A stretch of DNA of 64,000 nt. Origin: Porphyridium purpureum. Lineage: Eukaryota. Made by a program: the position numbers and the translations under genes. The notes below the pieces were generated by a model. It was not told where the DNA came from, did not search any database, and was given only the letters and a program-made list of their open reading frames with translations. Location: the NCBI GenBank assembly GCA_008690995.1, contig VRMN01000002.1, positions 1,054,001 through 1,118,000 on the forward strand. The letters run 5' to 3'. The number at the start of each line of letters is the position of its first letter. The stretch's first letter is position 1. Positions 52,156 to 64,000 of the stretch are shown in pieces.

Positions 52156-52617
52156 ATGGCGGAGGTGTTTGCGGGATGGGGCCGTGCGCTCTTCAAGCGC
52201 CAGTACAAAGGTCTATACGGAAATAAGATGATCAGGTTTGGGTTTAAGGAGACAGACAGTGGGAAGAAGATCCGGCGAACGTGGAAGCCGAACATTGTGA
52301 CAAAGGGCTTGTACAGCGAGCTGCTCGACGAAAAAGTACCACGAGTGCGCGTGGCGACTAGTGTGCTGCGAACAATCAAGCATAGGCACGGCGGAAGCTT
52401 CGACAAGTACTTGCTCTGCACCCCCAACCGTATTCTGAAGTGGCAGCGCGCCATCGACATGAAGCGCCGCCTTCTCGATATCATGTGGAAAAAGGCTCGT
52501 GCGGGTCAGATCGCAGCAGAGGAGCGGAAGCGCACTGAAAAAATACGGCAGGAGGCCTCTGGGAGCTCGGCGGCGCCATCCGTCGGCCTGGGGACAGTCA
52601 TCGAGCCCAAGACATAG
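52156..52617 (+). CDS. Mitochondrial ribosomal protein bL28m
   Basis: GLYGNK.IRFG, RRTWKPNI, LYSELL, LRTI...GGSFDKYLL. Confidence 0.88.
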   Translation: MAEVFAGWGRALFKRQYKGLYGNKMIRFGFKETDSGKKIRRTWKPNIVTKGLYSELLDEKVPRVRVATSVLRTIKHRHGGSFDKYLLCTPNRILKWQRAIDMKRRLLDIMWKKARAGQIAAEERKRTEKIRQEASGSSAAPSVGLGTVIEPKT

Positions 52618-52856
52618 ATTGATTCCATCAAGAAGGCGCGGTTGCTTCTGCACGTGGGTGTGCGTTATTTCCGCTCTCGCTCACACGCCGGCGCGCACGT
52701 GGTGACGTTCTTTCCATTTAATGGCTATTATTCAAGAAATCAACCTCTTCATTCGCGAATCAATGGGTCAAGTATGCTCCCCCGGCAGAGCCACGGACGC
52801 AGCACTGCCTGCTTTTCGTCGCCCTACATTACGGCCAATCTCCCATTATTGTACTT

Positions 52857-55109
52857 CTAAGCAATGGTCGATTCGCTCACCGCGATTGCGCTCGACTTGG
52901 CGTACTTGATGGCCTCCTGCTCACGGCCGACCAAACGCAGAGCCGTGGACACAATGTGGTGTGTGTTCAGGCCCGCTTCCTCGTACTGTTCTGTTTGTGA
53001 GCCCTGTTCGATAAATACGTCCGGAATGACCATCGGACGCACCTTGAGCTTGCCTGTGTCAAGCTTGCCCTCGAGCGTGAGCAGTTGCAGTACGTGCGAG
53101 CCAAACCCGCCAATGGAGCCTTCCTCAAGTGTGATTAATACGTCGTGGGTATCCGCAAGCTTCAGGATCAGATCCTTGTCCAGCGGCTTCATGAAGCGCG
53201 CGTCCACGACGCTTACGGGTACTCCGACCTCCTCAAGCGCCTCGGCGGCTTCAACGGCGTTCAAAAGGCGCGCCCCGAGAGAGAGAAGGGCAACCTTTGG
53301 CGACATTCTCTTGCCCTTGGGGGAAGGCTTGTTTCCACTGGTCGCGCGGCGGATAACGCGACCCTTTCCAATCGGAAGCGAACGGCCCATGTTCTCATTT
53401 GACTCCTCCAAACGCCGCGTGCCAAACTTCTGCGCAATCACGTCCAAACCGAGTCCATTGCCGCGCGGATATCGCACTACTGATGGCATATCGTCGATTT
53501 CCACAGCCGTGGCAATCATGTTCTGCAGTTCCAGCTCGTCTGACGGCGCCATAATCACAATGTTCGGAAGACATCCCATGTATGCAAGGTCGAATGTGCC
53601 GTGGTGCGTAGGTCCATCGTTACCCACCAGGCCTGCCCGGTCAAGAATGAAGCGGACCGGCAGGCGCTGCAGTACCACGTCATGTACCACCTGATCATAG
53701 CCGCGCTGCAGGAACGTCGAGTAAATAGCACAGAACGGTTTATAGCCCTCTGTGGCGAGCCCCGCCGCAAATGTGACGGCATGCTGCTCCGCGATGCCGA
53801 CATCAAAGCATCGCGACGGAAACTTGTCTCCAAACATGCTCAGGCCCGTGCCGCCCGGCATGGCCGCGTTGATGCCGACAATCGTGCGGTCAATCGCGGC
53901 GTGCTCGATCAGCGCCTTGGCAAAAATCGCTGTGTATGAAAGAGTCGCGGCCGTGCTCTTCTGCTGCACGCCCGTACTCACGTTGAACTTGCCGACACCG
54001 TGGTACTTGTCGAACGCTGCCTCCGCGGGGGCGTAACCGCGCCCCTTTTCGGTTCTGACGTGAATCAGCACGGGTTTGTTGCCAGGCATATCGCGCACAT
54101 TCTGCAAAACACCCGTCAGACTGTCGAGATTATGGCCATCGATCGGACCGACGTAGTAAAATCCAAGCTCTTCGAAAAGCGTCCCGCCCTGCTGCACCAC
54201 ACCGCGTGCATACTCATCAAATTGCGCCGCCATCTGACGCATTTCCGACGGCATCAGTTTCGTGAGTTGCTTGGCCACCGAGCGCACATCCATGAAGGGG
54301 CGGCTCGTGAGGATGCGAGTTGTGTACTCGGACAGCGCGCCTGCGGCTTTAGTCCCCGACGCAGACTTTGTGCCCGTCGGAAGGCTCACTTGGCCGTTGT
54401 CGTTCAGAATCACGATGACTCGATTGTTGTGCGAGCCGGCGTGGTTCATGGCTTCGTACGCCATGCCGCCAGTGATCGCGCCGTCCCCGATCACGGCGAT
54501 GCAGTGGTTCGTTTTGCCGGAAAAATCACGCGCCGTCGCCATTCCGAGCGCAGCTGATATACTTGTCGACGAATGACCAGCACCAAAGGGATCGTACTCG
54601 CTCTCGTCACGCTTTGTGAAGCCCGACAGCCCGCCATACTTTCGCAGCGTCGGCATCCTATGCCTCCTACCTGTCAAGATCTTGTGCGGGTACGCCTGGT
54701 GGGCTACATCCCACACAATCCGATCCGCCGGGGTGTTAAAAACGTAATGAAGCGCTACTGTGAGCTCCACAACGCCTAGCGACGCGCCGAGATGACCGCC
54801 GGTTTGGGAGACGGCTTTGATGGTTTCCCAGCGCAGCTCGTGCGCCAGCTTGGGCAGCTGCGATACGCTAAGGTTCTTCATGTCTGTCGGCGAGTTAATG
54901 GCGTCCAGAAACGGGGTGCTTCGCGGTCCGCGGTTAAAGCCCTGTCCAGGCGAATACGCCTCATCCACCTCCATTCGCAGCGCTCGCGGCCTCTTCAGCG
55001 CTGCCGAGCGCGTGAGCCCAAACTTACACCCTCGCGCCTCCTTGTCCTCCGTGCCCTGAATACTAAGCGTACCAGCCACAAAGCTGGAGCCACACACAAA
55101 TGCCGCCAT
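52857..55109 (-). CDS. dxs: 1-deoxy-D-xylulose-5-phosphate synthase, plastid
   Basis: MAAFV transit peptide, [48 protein letters not shown]. Confidence 0.97.
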   Translation of the reverse strand: MAAFVCGSSFVAGTLSIQGTEDKEARGCKFGLTRSAALKRPRALRMEVDEAYSPGQGFNRGPRSTPFLDAINSPTDMKNLSVSQLPKLAHELRWETIKAVSQTGGHLGASLGVVELTVALHYVFNTPADRIVWDVAHQAYPHKILTGRRHRMPTLRKYGGLSGFTKRDESEYDPFGAGHSSTSISAALGMATARDFSGKTNHCIAVIGDGAITGGMAYEAMNHAGSHNNRVIVILNDNGQVSLPTGTKSASGTKAAGALSEYTTRILTSRPFMDVRSVAKQLTKLMPSEMRQMAAQFDEYARGVVQQGGTLFEELGFYYVGPIDGHNLDSLTGVLQNVRDMPGNKPVLIHVRTEKGRGYAPAEAAFDKYHGVGKFNVSTGVQQKSTAATLSYTAIFAKALIEHAAIDRTIVGINAAMPGGTGLSMFGDKFPSRCFDVGIAEQHAVTFAAGLATEGYKPFCAIYSTFLQRGYDQVVHDVVLQRLPVRFILDRAGLVGNDGPTHHGTFDLAYMGCLPNIVIMAPSDELELQNMIATAVEIDDMPSVVRYPRGNGLGLDVIAQKFGTRRLEESNENMGRSLPIGKGRVIRRATSGNKPSPKGKRMSPKVALLSLGARLLNAVEAAEALEEVGVPVSVVDARFMKPLDKDLILKLADTHDVLITLEEGSIGGFGSHVLQLLTLEGKLDTGKLKVRPMVIPDVFIEQGSQTEQYEEAGLNTHHIVSTALRLVGREQEAIKYAKSSAIAVSESTIA

Positions 55110-55979
55110 TATGCTTACCGCAATGTCTCTCCAGCCCCCAGAAACAACGAGCCCCGTCCACGATCCCGCTTATTCGTGAGCCCGTCCACGCGCCTCCGTG
55201 CGTCAGTTCTTTCTCTCTCTCCCCCTCTCTCTCTCTCTCTCTATCCCCACGCACGCCTCATAAATTCGATACCTCAATGACGCACCCACCCACCTTTACC
55301 AATGCGGTCCTTGTGCGCGCGTCCCCACTCCTTCCTCACGTGCCTCCCTGTCCGTCCGCTCTCTTCCTTCCTTCCCCTCCTTCTTCCCCGACCCTACACA
55401 CACATGCGTCGTTCTTCCGTTGCCACATCCACGCATGCGCTCCACCCTCTCTTTCAAATTTGTAGCTCTCCAACACCGCACGAGCGACACCATTGTAAAT
55501 CAACGCGCTTTACTACATCCCGCCTCATTATCTCCCCCCGCCAAAAAAAAAAACACCCAAACAATCGAAAAAAAACACACACACCCCAGCCAGACAAAAA
55601 GGTACACTGACTAAGTACAGTTTCAGGAAGGGGAGAAGTACAGTGTCAGCATGACGAAAAGAGGAGACTTGGTTATGTTGAGGGTTTGGGAAACGCGGTC
55701 TAGGTTAGCATGAGGGTTTGAAGGGGAGGGGGTGTTTGTTAGGGCTGCGTCGGCGGTGACTTTGGAGAGCACTGTGTCATGATAATAGACTGGGAACACT
55801 TCGGGGTTATATCTAAATTGGGTTGTTTGTACAGGGCATTTGAGACAGGTGAAACAGTTCGGAGAGAGAGAGGAACAGCGACGGAGGGTGTGGTTGGTGA
55901 AGGCGCGAGAGTGTGTGGGACTCGCTGCGGTTTGGACGCGGTCAGGGGTGTGGACAAGTGCGCGCGCGGCGGTGGCAAG

Positions 55980-56297
55980 ATGGTGGTCATTCCAAAGACC
56001 CGGAAAACATTCTGCCCCGGAAAGGAATGTAAGAAGCACACGTTGCACAAGGTGAGCCAGTACAAGACCGGCAAGGCAAGCTTGTACGCTCAGGGCAAGC
56101 GGCGATACGATAGGAAGCAGAGCGGGTACGGAGGACAGACAAAGCCCGTCTTCCACAAGAAGGCAAAGACCACAAAGAAGATCGTGTTGAGGCTCGAGTG
56201 CACCGCGTGCAAGTACAAGCATCATGCGGTGCTGAAGCGTTGCAAGCACTTTGAGCTGGGTGACCAGAAGAAGACCAAGGGCGGCGCCGTGTACTAA
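55980..56297 (+). CDS. RPL36A: 60S ribosomal protein eL42 (L36a/L44)
   Basis: [12 protein letters not shown]...[21 protein letters not shown]. Confidence 0.97.
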   Translation: MVVIPKTRKTFCPGKECKKHTLHKVSQYKTGKASLYAQGKRRYDRKQSGYGGQTKPVFHKKAKTTKKIVLRLECTACKYKHHAVLKRCKHFELGDQKKTKGGAVY

Positions 56298-56803
56298 ACT
56301 GGCGACTGCTACCCGCGCGCTCCTCGTCGGCGGATTGACTGGAGATGGAGCAGAAAACAGCCTCGTGCAAGTGAGGACTCTTTGCGATCGCCGGGAGGCT
56401 ACTTTGCGTTTTCGCCAGTGTCATCTTTCATTTTGCCGTGAGCGATGCGTGCTTTCGCACGGTGCGTTTGATGGACAGGTGCGATGCATTGAGCTTCTTC
56501 CCGGCCTCGGTTCCTTCGGCTTATGAGTGAGACCGCGTCTGCACGGAATCAGGTGCCGTTCGGTAAAGGCGTGTAGGTAGCGAGTGCATAAATAAGTGAT
56601 TTGTTTGCGCAGATATCCCCCGTCCGTCCTATCGCTTCTTCGCCGACCTTTGCTCACTTCTCAGATCCGCGCGAGCAGCCTCCTCTCACTTCGGCCAGAC
56701 CGGATCAAGGGATCGCTTCTCGCCACAAACAGCGAAGAAACACGTCGTATAAACGTGGATTGATGTCAAGTTTTGGTCAGCGCGGCTTGAAAATCTGCGT
56801 TTG

Positions 56804-57073
56804 ATGGCGGCGGCGGCAGCAGCAGGAAGGCCTGTTGTTCTCAATCCCAAGCCGTTTCTCGCTGGTCTCGTGGGGAAACCCGTGGCCGTGCGGTTGAAGT
56901 GGGGGCTGGAGTATCGCGGTATTCTGGTGTCGGTCGACTCGTATATGAACTTCTTGCTGAAAGACGCCGAGGAAATAGTAGACGACGTGCTCACAGGCAA
57001 GCTAGGTGAGATTTTGATACGATGCAATAATGTTCTCTACGTGCGCGGAGTGGAGCTTGACACAGCTGCGTGA
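56804..57073 (+). CDS. SNRPF: Small nuclear ribonucleoprotein SmF
   Basis: [28 protein letters not shown]...[12 protein letters not shown]. Confidence 0.95.
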   Translation: MAAAAAAGRPVVLNPKPFLAGLVGKPVAVRLKWGLEYRGILVSVDSYMNFLLKDAEEIVDDVLTGKLGEILIRCNNVLYVRGVELDTAA

Positions 57074-58792
57074 ACGGCGCGGGACGAACGAGCCACCAGC
57101 CCAAACGATGGGGGCAATTGTGATAATGGGCCGCGAAAGCAGCTCGACAACGCGTGCGCCCGCGTGACGGGTTGTGTACGTAGATGCTGTGCGTGCGCGC
57201 GTACATTCTCTGGACGCTCACTGTCTGAAACGGTTCTAAGAAACGAGAACTTGTGATTCGTGAAAGAACCAGTGCCGGCTTTGCGCGGCGGCTGCCCCTG
57301 CGGATAGCACGCGCTTTCTGCGCGGTGGGCTGAAAACAGATATCTGAAGCAAGTTTGAGTCGCGAATCATACGACCGGTACAGCCGTCCTTTCCATGCGT
57401 GTCTTTATATAAACATCTGTGTGTGTATCGACGCGTCCTCAACCTCTTCTGAGGTGGATTTGCAGCACGCATCTTTCGTCACGCTCCTGCATGCTGCTGT
57501 TCGACAGAGCCCAAAGACCCCAAATCACGACGCCAATGCGCGTGACGAGTGTCGCCCCACCTCTTTCACCACACGCCCGTCTCCTTTCTCCCACACTTCA
57601 ACCCCGCACGAAGCACGACCCACCTCGCCACAGCACCCTCACCAGCCAACGCGCTCAGTCACGCCACTCCTCCAACCCACCCACGCACCAACCCTACTCA
57701 TCTGCACTCTGCGCGCGCGTTCCACTGGTGTCCCACTTTTGCTCCCCGCGCCAGTGGCCACATCCGACGGGAAGCAACCCACACAACCTTCCAAACTCAC
57801 TCGTGAGCAGAGTCACCTCGTCTTGTTTCCACACGAGCACGCTCCAAGTGGGACGCGTTCCACATGAACAAGCATCTTCACCAACACGTTTGTGAGTCTA
57901 GTAGGTGTGTCTATGAAAGTGAACAGGTACATACACACAATAAGCACGGAACGCCAAACGTCCTTAATGGACTATTTGTGATGACCACACTCTCCAACTA
58001 CAAGCAACAACTCTTCGTATTCCTATTACTATTCCTATTCCTATTATTAGGAGTTCTGCTGTTATGCGAGTTGGCGGAGGGTGTTCAGTTCTGTGTGGGT
58101 AGTGAGTACGTGCGTTGATAGGAAAAACGGGCCGCGCGGGATGAACAAGTCGGAGTGTGTGTGCTGATTTGGTGTGTTGTTGGTGTGTGTGTGTATGTGT
58201 GTGGATTTTTGTGTGAGTGGAGAGGGAGCTTGGCGTCGTGACGCGGAGCGCGCGAGAGATACAGGGAGCACGGCTGATTGCATCTGTAGAAGAGCAGCGC
58301 GCGCGTGTGTGCAACGTCGGCGCTGCGGGGGTTTTGGGGCTGCGGCTGGGTGTCAAGGTGTGTCGTGGCAGAGAGCAGCGCAGCTGAGTCTGAGCTGAGT
58401 GCGTCGGGTCGCGCGCGGTGCATGCAGGTGTGCAGGCGTAGGGCGGAACGCGGTTAAGCACGGCTTGGCGAGGACTTGGGGTTACCGGCGGATCTTCTGC
58501 ATGCATTGGAGGTGCACGGCCAGAAGTACCAGCATCGTCGCGCCGCACGGAACGGAAAGTCTGGTTCGGCCTGGGCGGGCAGGGCCGGTGCGAGTTGCGG
58601 CAGGTGGTAAAAGCGGCGTTGGGCTGGAGAGCAATTGAGTGATTGGCAGGGACCCGCGGCCGAGCACACGCCAGCAGATTGGCCGTGCATTCGCGCGTGC
58701 GAGTGCGCCGCTCCGCCGGGGAACCGCCGGCAGAGCACCGGTTGTTTGGGCGCCGAGCGTAGAAGCCTCGCAGAGAGCCCCCCCAACCAACC

Positions 58793-61700
58793 ATGCTTGA
58801 TCGCGAGGGTGTGTACGGGCTCGCCACATACGGTAGCCATAGCCCTGAAGAGGCGCCCACCAGCTGGGCTGACAGTGATATCGCTCGCTCAGTCTCAGGC
58901 TCGCTGCGCCGGGCTAAGGAGCGGTGGAAGAAGCGCCTGTCAAAAATATCCTCGCGGTTCGTGCCGGACGCAGCGCCGGAGAAACGCGTAGTGTATCTGA
59001 ATGAGGACGAGAAGAACGCCGGGTTTGCAAAGAACTATGTATCCACGACGAAGTACTCGGTGCTCTCCTTCTTCCCAATGTTTTTGTATTTGCAGTTCAG
59101 TCGCCCGGCCAACTTTTACTTTCTGGTTGTGGGTATTCTGCAGACATTTGACCTGTTCTCGCTTGTCACAGGGTTTGGGCGGTACGGCGTGGTGCTCACG
59201 CTCGGCATCATGCTGACCATTTCGTGCGTGCGTGAGGCGATCGAGGACTTGAAGCGATACCGGCAAGATCGCAAGGTGAACCGAGCACAGACTCAGGTAC
59301 TGGGCCAGTCTGGCAAGGTGCGCTGGGGTAACGTGCGGGTGGGTGAAATTCTCAAAGTCCATGCAAAGGAATTTATCCCCGCCGACATGCTGCTGCTGTC
59401 ATGCTCATCTTTGGACGGCGTGGTGTTTGTCGAGACCAAGAACCTGGACGGAGAGACCAACCTCAAAAGAAAGTCGTGCTTGGCGCCGCTGGCGCCGTAC
59501 AGCGGCTCTGAAGAGGCGCTGATGAATTTGAAGGGAACGCTCGAGTGCGAAGCGCCGAACGACCGCATTTACCAGTTCAGTGGCACACTGGAAGTGTCCG
59601 TTGGTGACGAGTCCCAGACGCTTCGGCTCGCTGCGACAACGGACTCGCTTCTCGTGCGCGGGTCGTCCTTGCGCAACACCGAATTCTGCTATGGACTGGT
59701 GGTGTACGCAGGCGGAGACACCAAACTGATGCAGAACATGCGCGACCCGCCAAAAAAGATCTCGACGCTGGAAAAGTCGGCCAACCGCTGGCTCATTGTG
59801 CCTTGGTGCTGGCAGCTGTTCTGTACGAGTTTGTTTTCTGGGCTGGGTGCATCTTCATGTGACAGTGCGCAGCCTTGGTATCTTTCGGGCGACTCGGAGA
59901 TCGGATGCAGCTCGCTCGATAAGTTTGCTCTGTTTGTGCGGTACTGGATCGTCTTTGCTGGCTTCGTTCCGATTGGGCTTTACGTGACCATGGAGCTCGT
60001 GCGCGTGACTCAAACGGTGTTTATTCACAGCGACTGGAAAATGTACTATGCTCCCTTGGACGTGTGGACTTCTGTGCGCACGACAGGGCTCAACGAGGAG
60101 CTGGGTGTGATCGACTATATTTTCTCGGACAAGACGGGGACCCTCACAGCGAATGAGATGGTATTCAAAAAGTGCTTTGTGGACGGCGTGGTGTTCTCGA
60201 CCGAAGCAGAGCGGGACAAGGAGGTCTACGAGGCGGACTGTGAGGTATACAGCATTGCTGCCATGCGCGACGCCATGCTGGCTGAGCAGATGTCAGGGTA
60301 TAATCACAAAATCGCAGGAAACGGTACGGCGGCTGCACTGGCTCGCAAGCAGTCGAACACGAGCTCTCAATCTTCAGGAAGCACCTCTCCCGCGACAAAG
60401 ACAAATTCAGCTTCATCTGCGCAAAACCAGCAGCGCCCTTCTTCTGCGAGCGCGCAAGCTGCGCTGCTTTTCTTCCATCTGCTGGGTTTGTGTCACACCG
60501 TGGTGCCCGAGTCATCCATTCAGCAAGAGGAAGACGCTCAACGCAAGGCGTTATCACCTCGCGCGCGTCTTGAAAAATTGGGCGCCGCGATGTCCCCGCG
60601 AAAGAGAGCGAGCGCGGCAGCAGCTCAACTACAGGCGACCACCGTTCAGGGCGAGGCGGAGGAGTCGCTGCACAAGGACGATGCGCCGGCTGTTCCCAGT
60701 GAGCATGGAGAAGAGCACTTTCTGACACACTCCGACGCGGATTCTTCCAGCGATCCGGCGCCCCACGTAAATGGGAATGAGAAAATTGTCGCAGAAGAGT
60801 TTGCAAAGCACAGCTCGACAGCCAGCGATAAGAATGCCGTAATTGAAACCCTTGGTAACGAACCTGTGTATCAGGCGACCAGCCCCGACGAGGCGGCGCT
60901 CGTTCTTGCGGCGTATCACGCTGGGCTAGAGTTTGTTTCTCGCTCCTCGTCAGCCATGGTACTGAAAACGTTCGGGGTCGGGGAGGAATGGGAAGTGCTC
61001 GGTGTCATCGAGTTTACGTCTCTCCGTAAGCGCATGTCCGTCATTCTGCGAGAGAAAGCAAGCAGCCTGGCCTCGGGTGCCGGAAATCCGCTGCGTGTGT
61101 ACACCAAAGGCGCTGATAACGTCATTTTTGATCGGTTGGCAGATGGTCAGGAGGGCGAGGTGCAAAAGATGACGCAAATTCTGGACTCCTTTGCTGCTGA
61201 GGGGCTGCGCACACTCGTCATGGGTTACGCAGAAATCGATGAGGAGTTTTTTGCAGACTGGCTCGACCAATACACGACTGCACAGGGCTTGCTGGGAGCA
61301 GAACGCGAACAGGCTATGGCCACGGTCGAGGATCAACTTGAGCGTAACCTTACGTTGCTTGGTGCGTCCGCGATCGAGGATAAACTGCAAGAACTTGTAC
61401 CAGAGGCACTTCGTAAGTTTGCGATGGCAGGTATCAAAACTTGGGTGGCGACTGGAGACAAGCAGGAGACGGCCATTAATATTGGGTTGAGCTGCGGCAT
61501 TCTCGACGCAGACATGGACGTTGTTGTCATCAATGAAACCTCAGCAGAAGACGCAGAGGCACAGATCGACCGTACCCTAGGCCGCTGGACTGCGCTTCGC
61601 CAGCTGCAAGGCCATAGTATCATTCCGGGCACAAACGTATCCGAGTCGGTGAGCGGAGACCAAGGTGAGAAAGGAAAGAAAAGAAAGAGAAAGTCTGCGT

Positions 61701-63583
61701 TGCGTAAAGCGGCGCTGGAATTCGTTCGCGCGGCGAAAATTGCCTTGTCTGTTTTCCAGATTTTCCCCGGCTGCCTCGGCGACTGTGGGACCGGACGGGC
61801 GAAGAAACATGGCAGGTATGCACAAAACGGTCACAAGAGCGATTCTTTGGAGGAGGCAATCGAAGGACGTCTGGACCACTCAAATGTGGTCGAGACGCAC
61901 ATCACGTCGTTTGGTTTGGTCGTAGATGGCTCAACACTCCAGTACGTGCTCGACTCTGACCTGTCAGAAAAATTCATGGTGCTGGCAAAAATGGCACGTG
62001 CAGTGATCACGTGCCGAGTCTCGCCCAAGCAAAAGGCCGACCTGGTGCGGTTAGTGCGCAAATATGACCCTTTGAAGGTATCACTAGCGATCGGCGACGG
62101 CGCGAACGACGTGGGAATGATCCAGGCGGCACACGTCGGTATCGGATTGTACGGCAAGGAAGGCGTGGAGGCTGTGCTGGCGTCAGACTTTGCTATTGGT
62201 CGCTTCCACTATCTGACGCGGCTCATTCTGGTGCATGGTCGCTGGTCCTTCAAACGCATGTCCAAAATGTCCATGGCCGTCATCTACAAGTCGATCTTCT
62301 GGGTGATGCAGGACTTTTGGATGGGTTGGTTTTTGCAGTTTTCGTCGCAGCCTTTAGTGGACCCACTGCTCGCGGGCCTGTATAATGTGTTTCTTAGCTT
62401 TCTGCCGGCATTCATGCTCGGTGTGTGGGACTACGATGTGCCACAAGACTATGCTCTCATGTTCCCGGAGATCTATCGAAAGGGCCATGCACGAACAGCG
62501 TCCCGCTACGGCGTTTTTGTTTCGTGGTTTATTGCGGCGATTTGGCACTCTGCGCTTGTGTTCTTCTCGGTTCGCGCGACATTTGCCCTGCCGGCAAGTG
62601 CTTCCATGAACCAGGGGCTCGATACCGGGCTGTTCGGTATGGGCTTTGTCATCGTGGGAGCAGTCATCTTTGTTCAACATTGCTACTTTGCGCTATTCGT
62701 GGGCGCGTGGACGTGGTTCTTTTTGGCGTTGTATCTGGTTTCGTTCACAGCTTACTTTTACGCGGGTATTATCTTCTGTCTTCCGAGCGTGTCGGCGGCT
62801 ATTTCGCCTGATGCCGACGGCATTGCGCAGTTTTTGTGGCAGCAGCCAAAACTTTATCTAGTCTGGTTTATTTTGCCCGTCATTGCATGTTTGCCATACT
62901 TCACGTACCGGTTTCTCAAGAAGAACTTTAATCCGAGTCTCAAGCACTACGTGAACGAGTTGGCGCGTCGCGGCATCCGACTGCAGGATATCTTGCCAGA
63001 TGAAGAGACCGAACGCCAGCTCTCCAGGAAGCCGGAGAAGTCCAAGAAGCCCAACATTACGCGTCGCGGCTTGGATTTTGCATACTCCGGGTACAACTTC
63101 GAGGCGGACGATACGGGTGCAATGCTTCGCACGGCGTTCAGACCAGACTATCGCAGGATCCAGATGCGTCATCTCAAGCGCTCAGGCTCGGATACTGAGT
63201 TGGACGTGATGGGTGTGAAGAGCAAGGGCATGGTAAGCATGGAAACTAAGCACCGCCGTGCGAGATCGGACGCGGCGACGCTTCGCAATGCGCGCTACGG
63301 TGGTGCGCAGGAGCCCGCGGAGGTGGTAACAGATGCGCAGATCAAAGCCGCAATAATGGCAGTGGAAGCTGGATACAGACCGGATTTTGGCGGCGGAACA
63401 GGGGGTAATGCAGTAGGCGTGGATCAGGCTGGCGGCCGGGGAGAACTGCGTTTCAACGTGGGAGGCGAAAATGCGGACAATAACTTAGTCGCTGGCTTGA
63501 AGGATACTAACAACCGCCGGCGGCGCGCTCCGCCACCTGGTGAGCGCAAGGTGCAGTTCGGCGGCAGTGCCGAAGCGCCTTGA
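58793..63583 (+). CDS. P4-type ATPase (phospholipid flippase)
   Basis: NYVSTTKY, LDGETNLK, FSDKTGTLT, SPDEAAL, TGDKQETA, CRVSPKQK, IGDGAND. Confidence 0.97.
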   Translation: MLDREGVYGLATYGSHSPEEAPTSWADSDIARSVSGSLRRAKERWKKRLSKISSRFVPDAAPEKRVVYLNEDEKNAGFAKNYVSTTKYSVLSFFPMFLYLQFSRPANFYFLVVGILQTFDLFSLVTGFGRYGVVLTLGIMLTISCVREAIEDLKRYRQDRKVNRAQTQVLGQSGKVRWGNVRVGEILKVHAKEFIPADMLLLSCSSLDGVVFVETKNLDGETNLKRKSCLAPLAPYSGSEEALMNLKGTLECEAPNDRIYQFSGTLEVSVGDESQTLRLAATTDSLLVRGSSLRNTEFCYGLVVYAGGDTKLMQNMRDPPKKISTLEKSANRWLIVPWCWQLFCTSLFSGLGASSCDSAQPWYLSGDSEIGCSSLDKFALFVRYWIVFAGFVPIGLYVTMELVRVTQTVFIHSDWKMYYAPLDVWTSVRTTGLNEELGVIDYIFSDKTGTLTANEMVFKKCFVDGVVFSTEAERDKEVYEADCEVYSIAAMRDAMLAEQMSGYNHKIAGNGTAAALARKQSNTSSQSSGSTSPATKTNSASSAQNQQRPSSASAQAALLFFHLLGLCHTVVPESSIQQEEDAQRKALSPRARLEKLGAAMSPRKRASAAAAQLQATTVQGEAEESLHKDDAPAVPSEHGEEHFLTHSDADSSSDPAPHVNGNEKIVAEEFAKHSSTASDKNAVIETLGNEPVYQATSPDEAALVLAAYHAGLEFVSRSSSAMVLKTFGVGEEWEVLGVIEFTSLRKRMSVILREKASSLASGAGNPLRVYTKGADNVIFDRLADGQEGEVQKMTQILDSFAAEGLRTLVMGYAEIDEEFFADWLDQYTTAQGLLGAEREQAMATVEDQLERNLTLLGASAIEDKLQELVPEALRKFAMAGIKTWVATGDKQETAINIGLSCGILDADMDVVVINETSAEDAEAQIDRTLGRWTALRQLQGHSIIPGTNVSESVSGDQGEKGKKRKRKSALRKAALEFVRAAKIALSVFQIFPGCLGDCGTGRAKKHGRYAQNGHKSDSLEEAIEGRLDHSNVVETHITSFGLVVDGSTLQYVLDSDLSEKFMVLAKMARAVITCRVSPKQKADLVRLVRKYDPLKVSLAIGDGANDVGMIQAAHVGIGLYGKEGVEAVLASDFAIGRFHYLTRLILVHGRWSFKRMSKMSMAVIYKSIFWVMQDFWMGWFLQFSSQPLVDPLLAGLYNVFLSFLPAFMLGVWDYDVPQDYALMFPEIYRKGHARTASRYGVFVSWFIAAIWHSALVFFSVRATFALPASASMNQGLDTGLFGMGFVIVGAVIFVQHCYFALFVGAWTWFFLALYLVSFTAYFYAGIIFCLPSVSAAISPDADGIAQFLWQQPKLYLVWFILPVIACLPYFTYRFLKKNFNPSLKHYVNELARRGIRLQDILPDEETERQLSRKPEKSKKPNITRRGLDFAYSGYNFEADDTGAMLRTAFRPDYRRIQMRHLKRSGSDTELDVMGVKSKGMVSMETKHRRARSDAATLRNARYGGAQEPAEVVTDAQIKAAIMAVEAGYRPDFGGGTGGNAVGVDQAGGRGELRFNVGGENADNNLVAGLKDTNNRRRRAPPPGERKVQFGGSAEAP

Positions 63584-64000
63584 GAACATTTGGGAGCAGG
63601 AACGGAGCATGGCTGGCCAAGCAATGTCATTCAGGGTTCGTTGACACCTGTGTAGATCAGATAATAAGTGATGCATTTTATACTTATAATGTAAATCTTC
63701 TTCTTGCGGTCCGCTTCTGGAGCCGCGCCCGCCTTCGCCGCGCTGCGACTTGGACAATGCAATCCCGTCAGCTAGGTCACATCCTCGTTCGACCTGTGTA
63801 CCGCGGACTCTGTCATTTGCAACTGTGATGGACCGGCTCAACGCAAGAAAGGAAGGGCGTTTTCAGATGCCGATATCTTTGAGGCCCTTTTGAAGCAGTG
63901 ATGGACTTCAGCAACGTGATTAACTTTCCCCAGAAGAACCAAAACGTCTGCTGCTACGGAGCCGAGCAGTATGAGAAAGACTGTGAAGAAAAATAGAAAT

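Noticed and set aside
57355..58860. ORFs of 110-300 aa upstream of the P4-ATPase
   Set aside because: Derived from CA/GT-rich low-complexity leader or intergenic sequence, giving His/Thr/Pro-biased translations.

Overview
Eukaryotic nuclear DNA, very probably from a unicellular red alga (Porphyridium-like). This is inferred from the compact, apparently intronless, GC-rich genes and the plastid transit peptides beginning MAF/MAAF. The window has two compartments. (1) About 1-22 kb is mobile or accessory DNA. It opens with a ~7.4 kb block of orphan genes (a stop-interrupted PWWP protein, a 545-aa basic protein, a ~1140-aa RING-finger protein and a possible transposase tail) that is very strongly enriched in CATATG/GATATC palindromes. 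Two young full-length Ty3/gypsy LTR retrotransposons follow (7686-13145 on +, 13754-21000 on -), both with heat-shock-element arrays and -1 frameshift signals. A GC-rich candidate structured RNA with a pseudoknot lies between them. (2) About 22-64 kb is dense, mostly housekeeping genes: a secreted Hedgehog-type Hint (Hog) autoprocessing protein, VIPP1, Yae1-like, OTU, Nse1, BK-type K+ channel, PLAA/Doa1, Ulp1, ankyrin, PAB-like, SAR1, Cpn60, MenB with a PTS1, pseudouridine synthase, a pseudo-RpiA/pseudo-PCD fusion, bL28m, DXS, eL42, SmF and a P4-ATPase. All counts and alignments were done by eye; no database searches were run.
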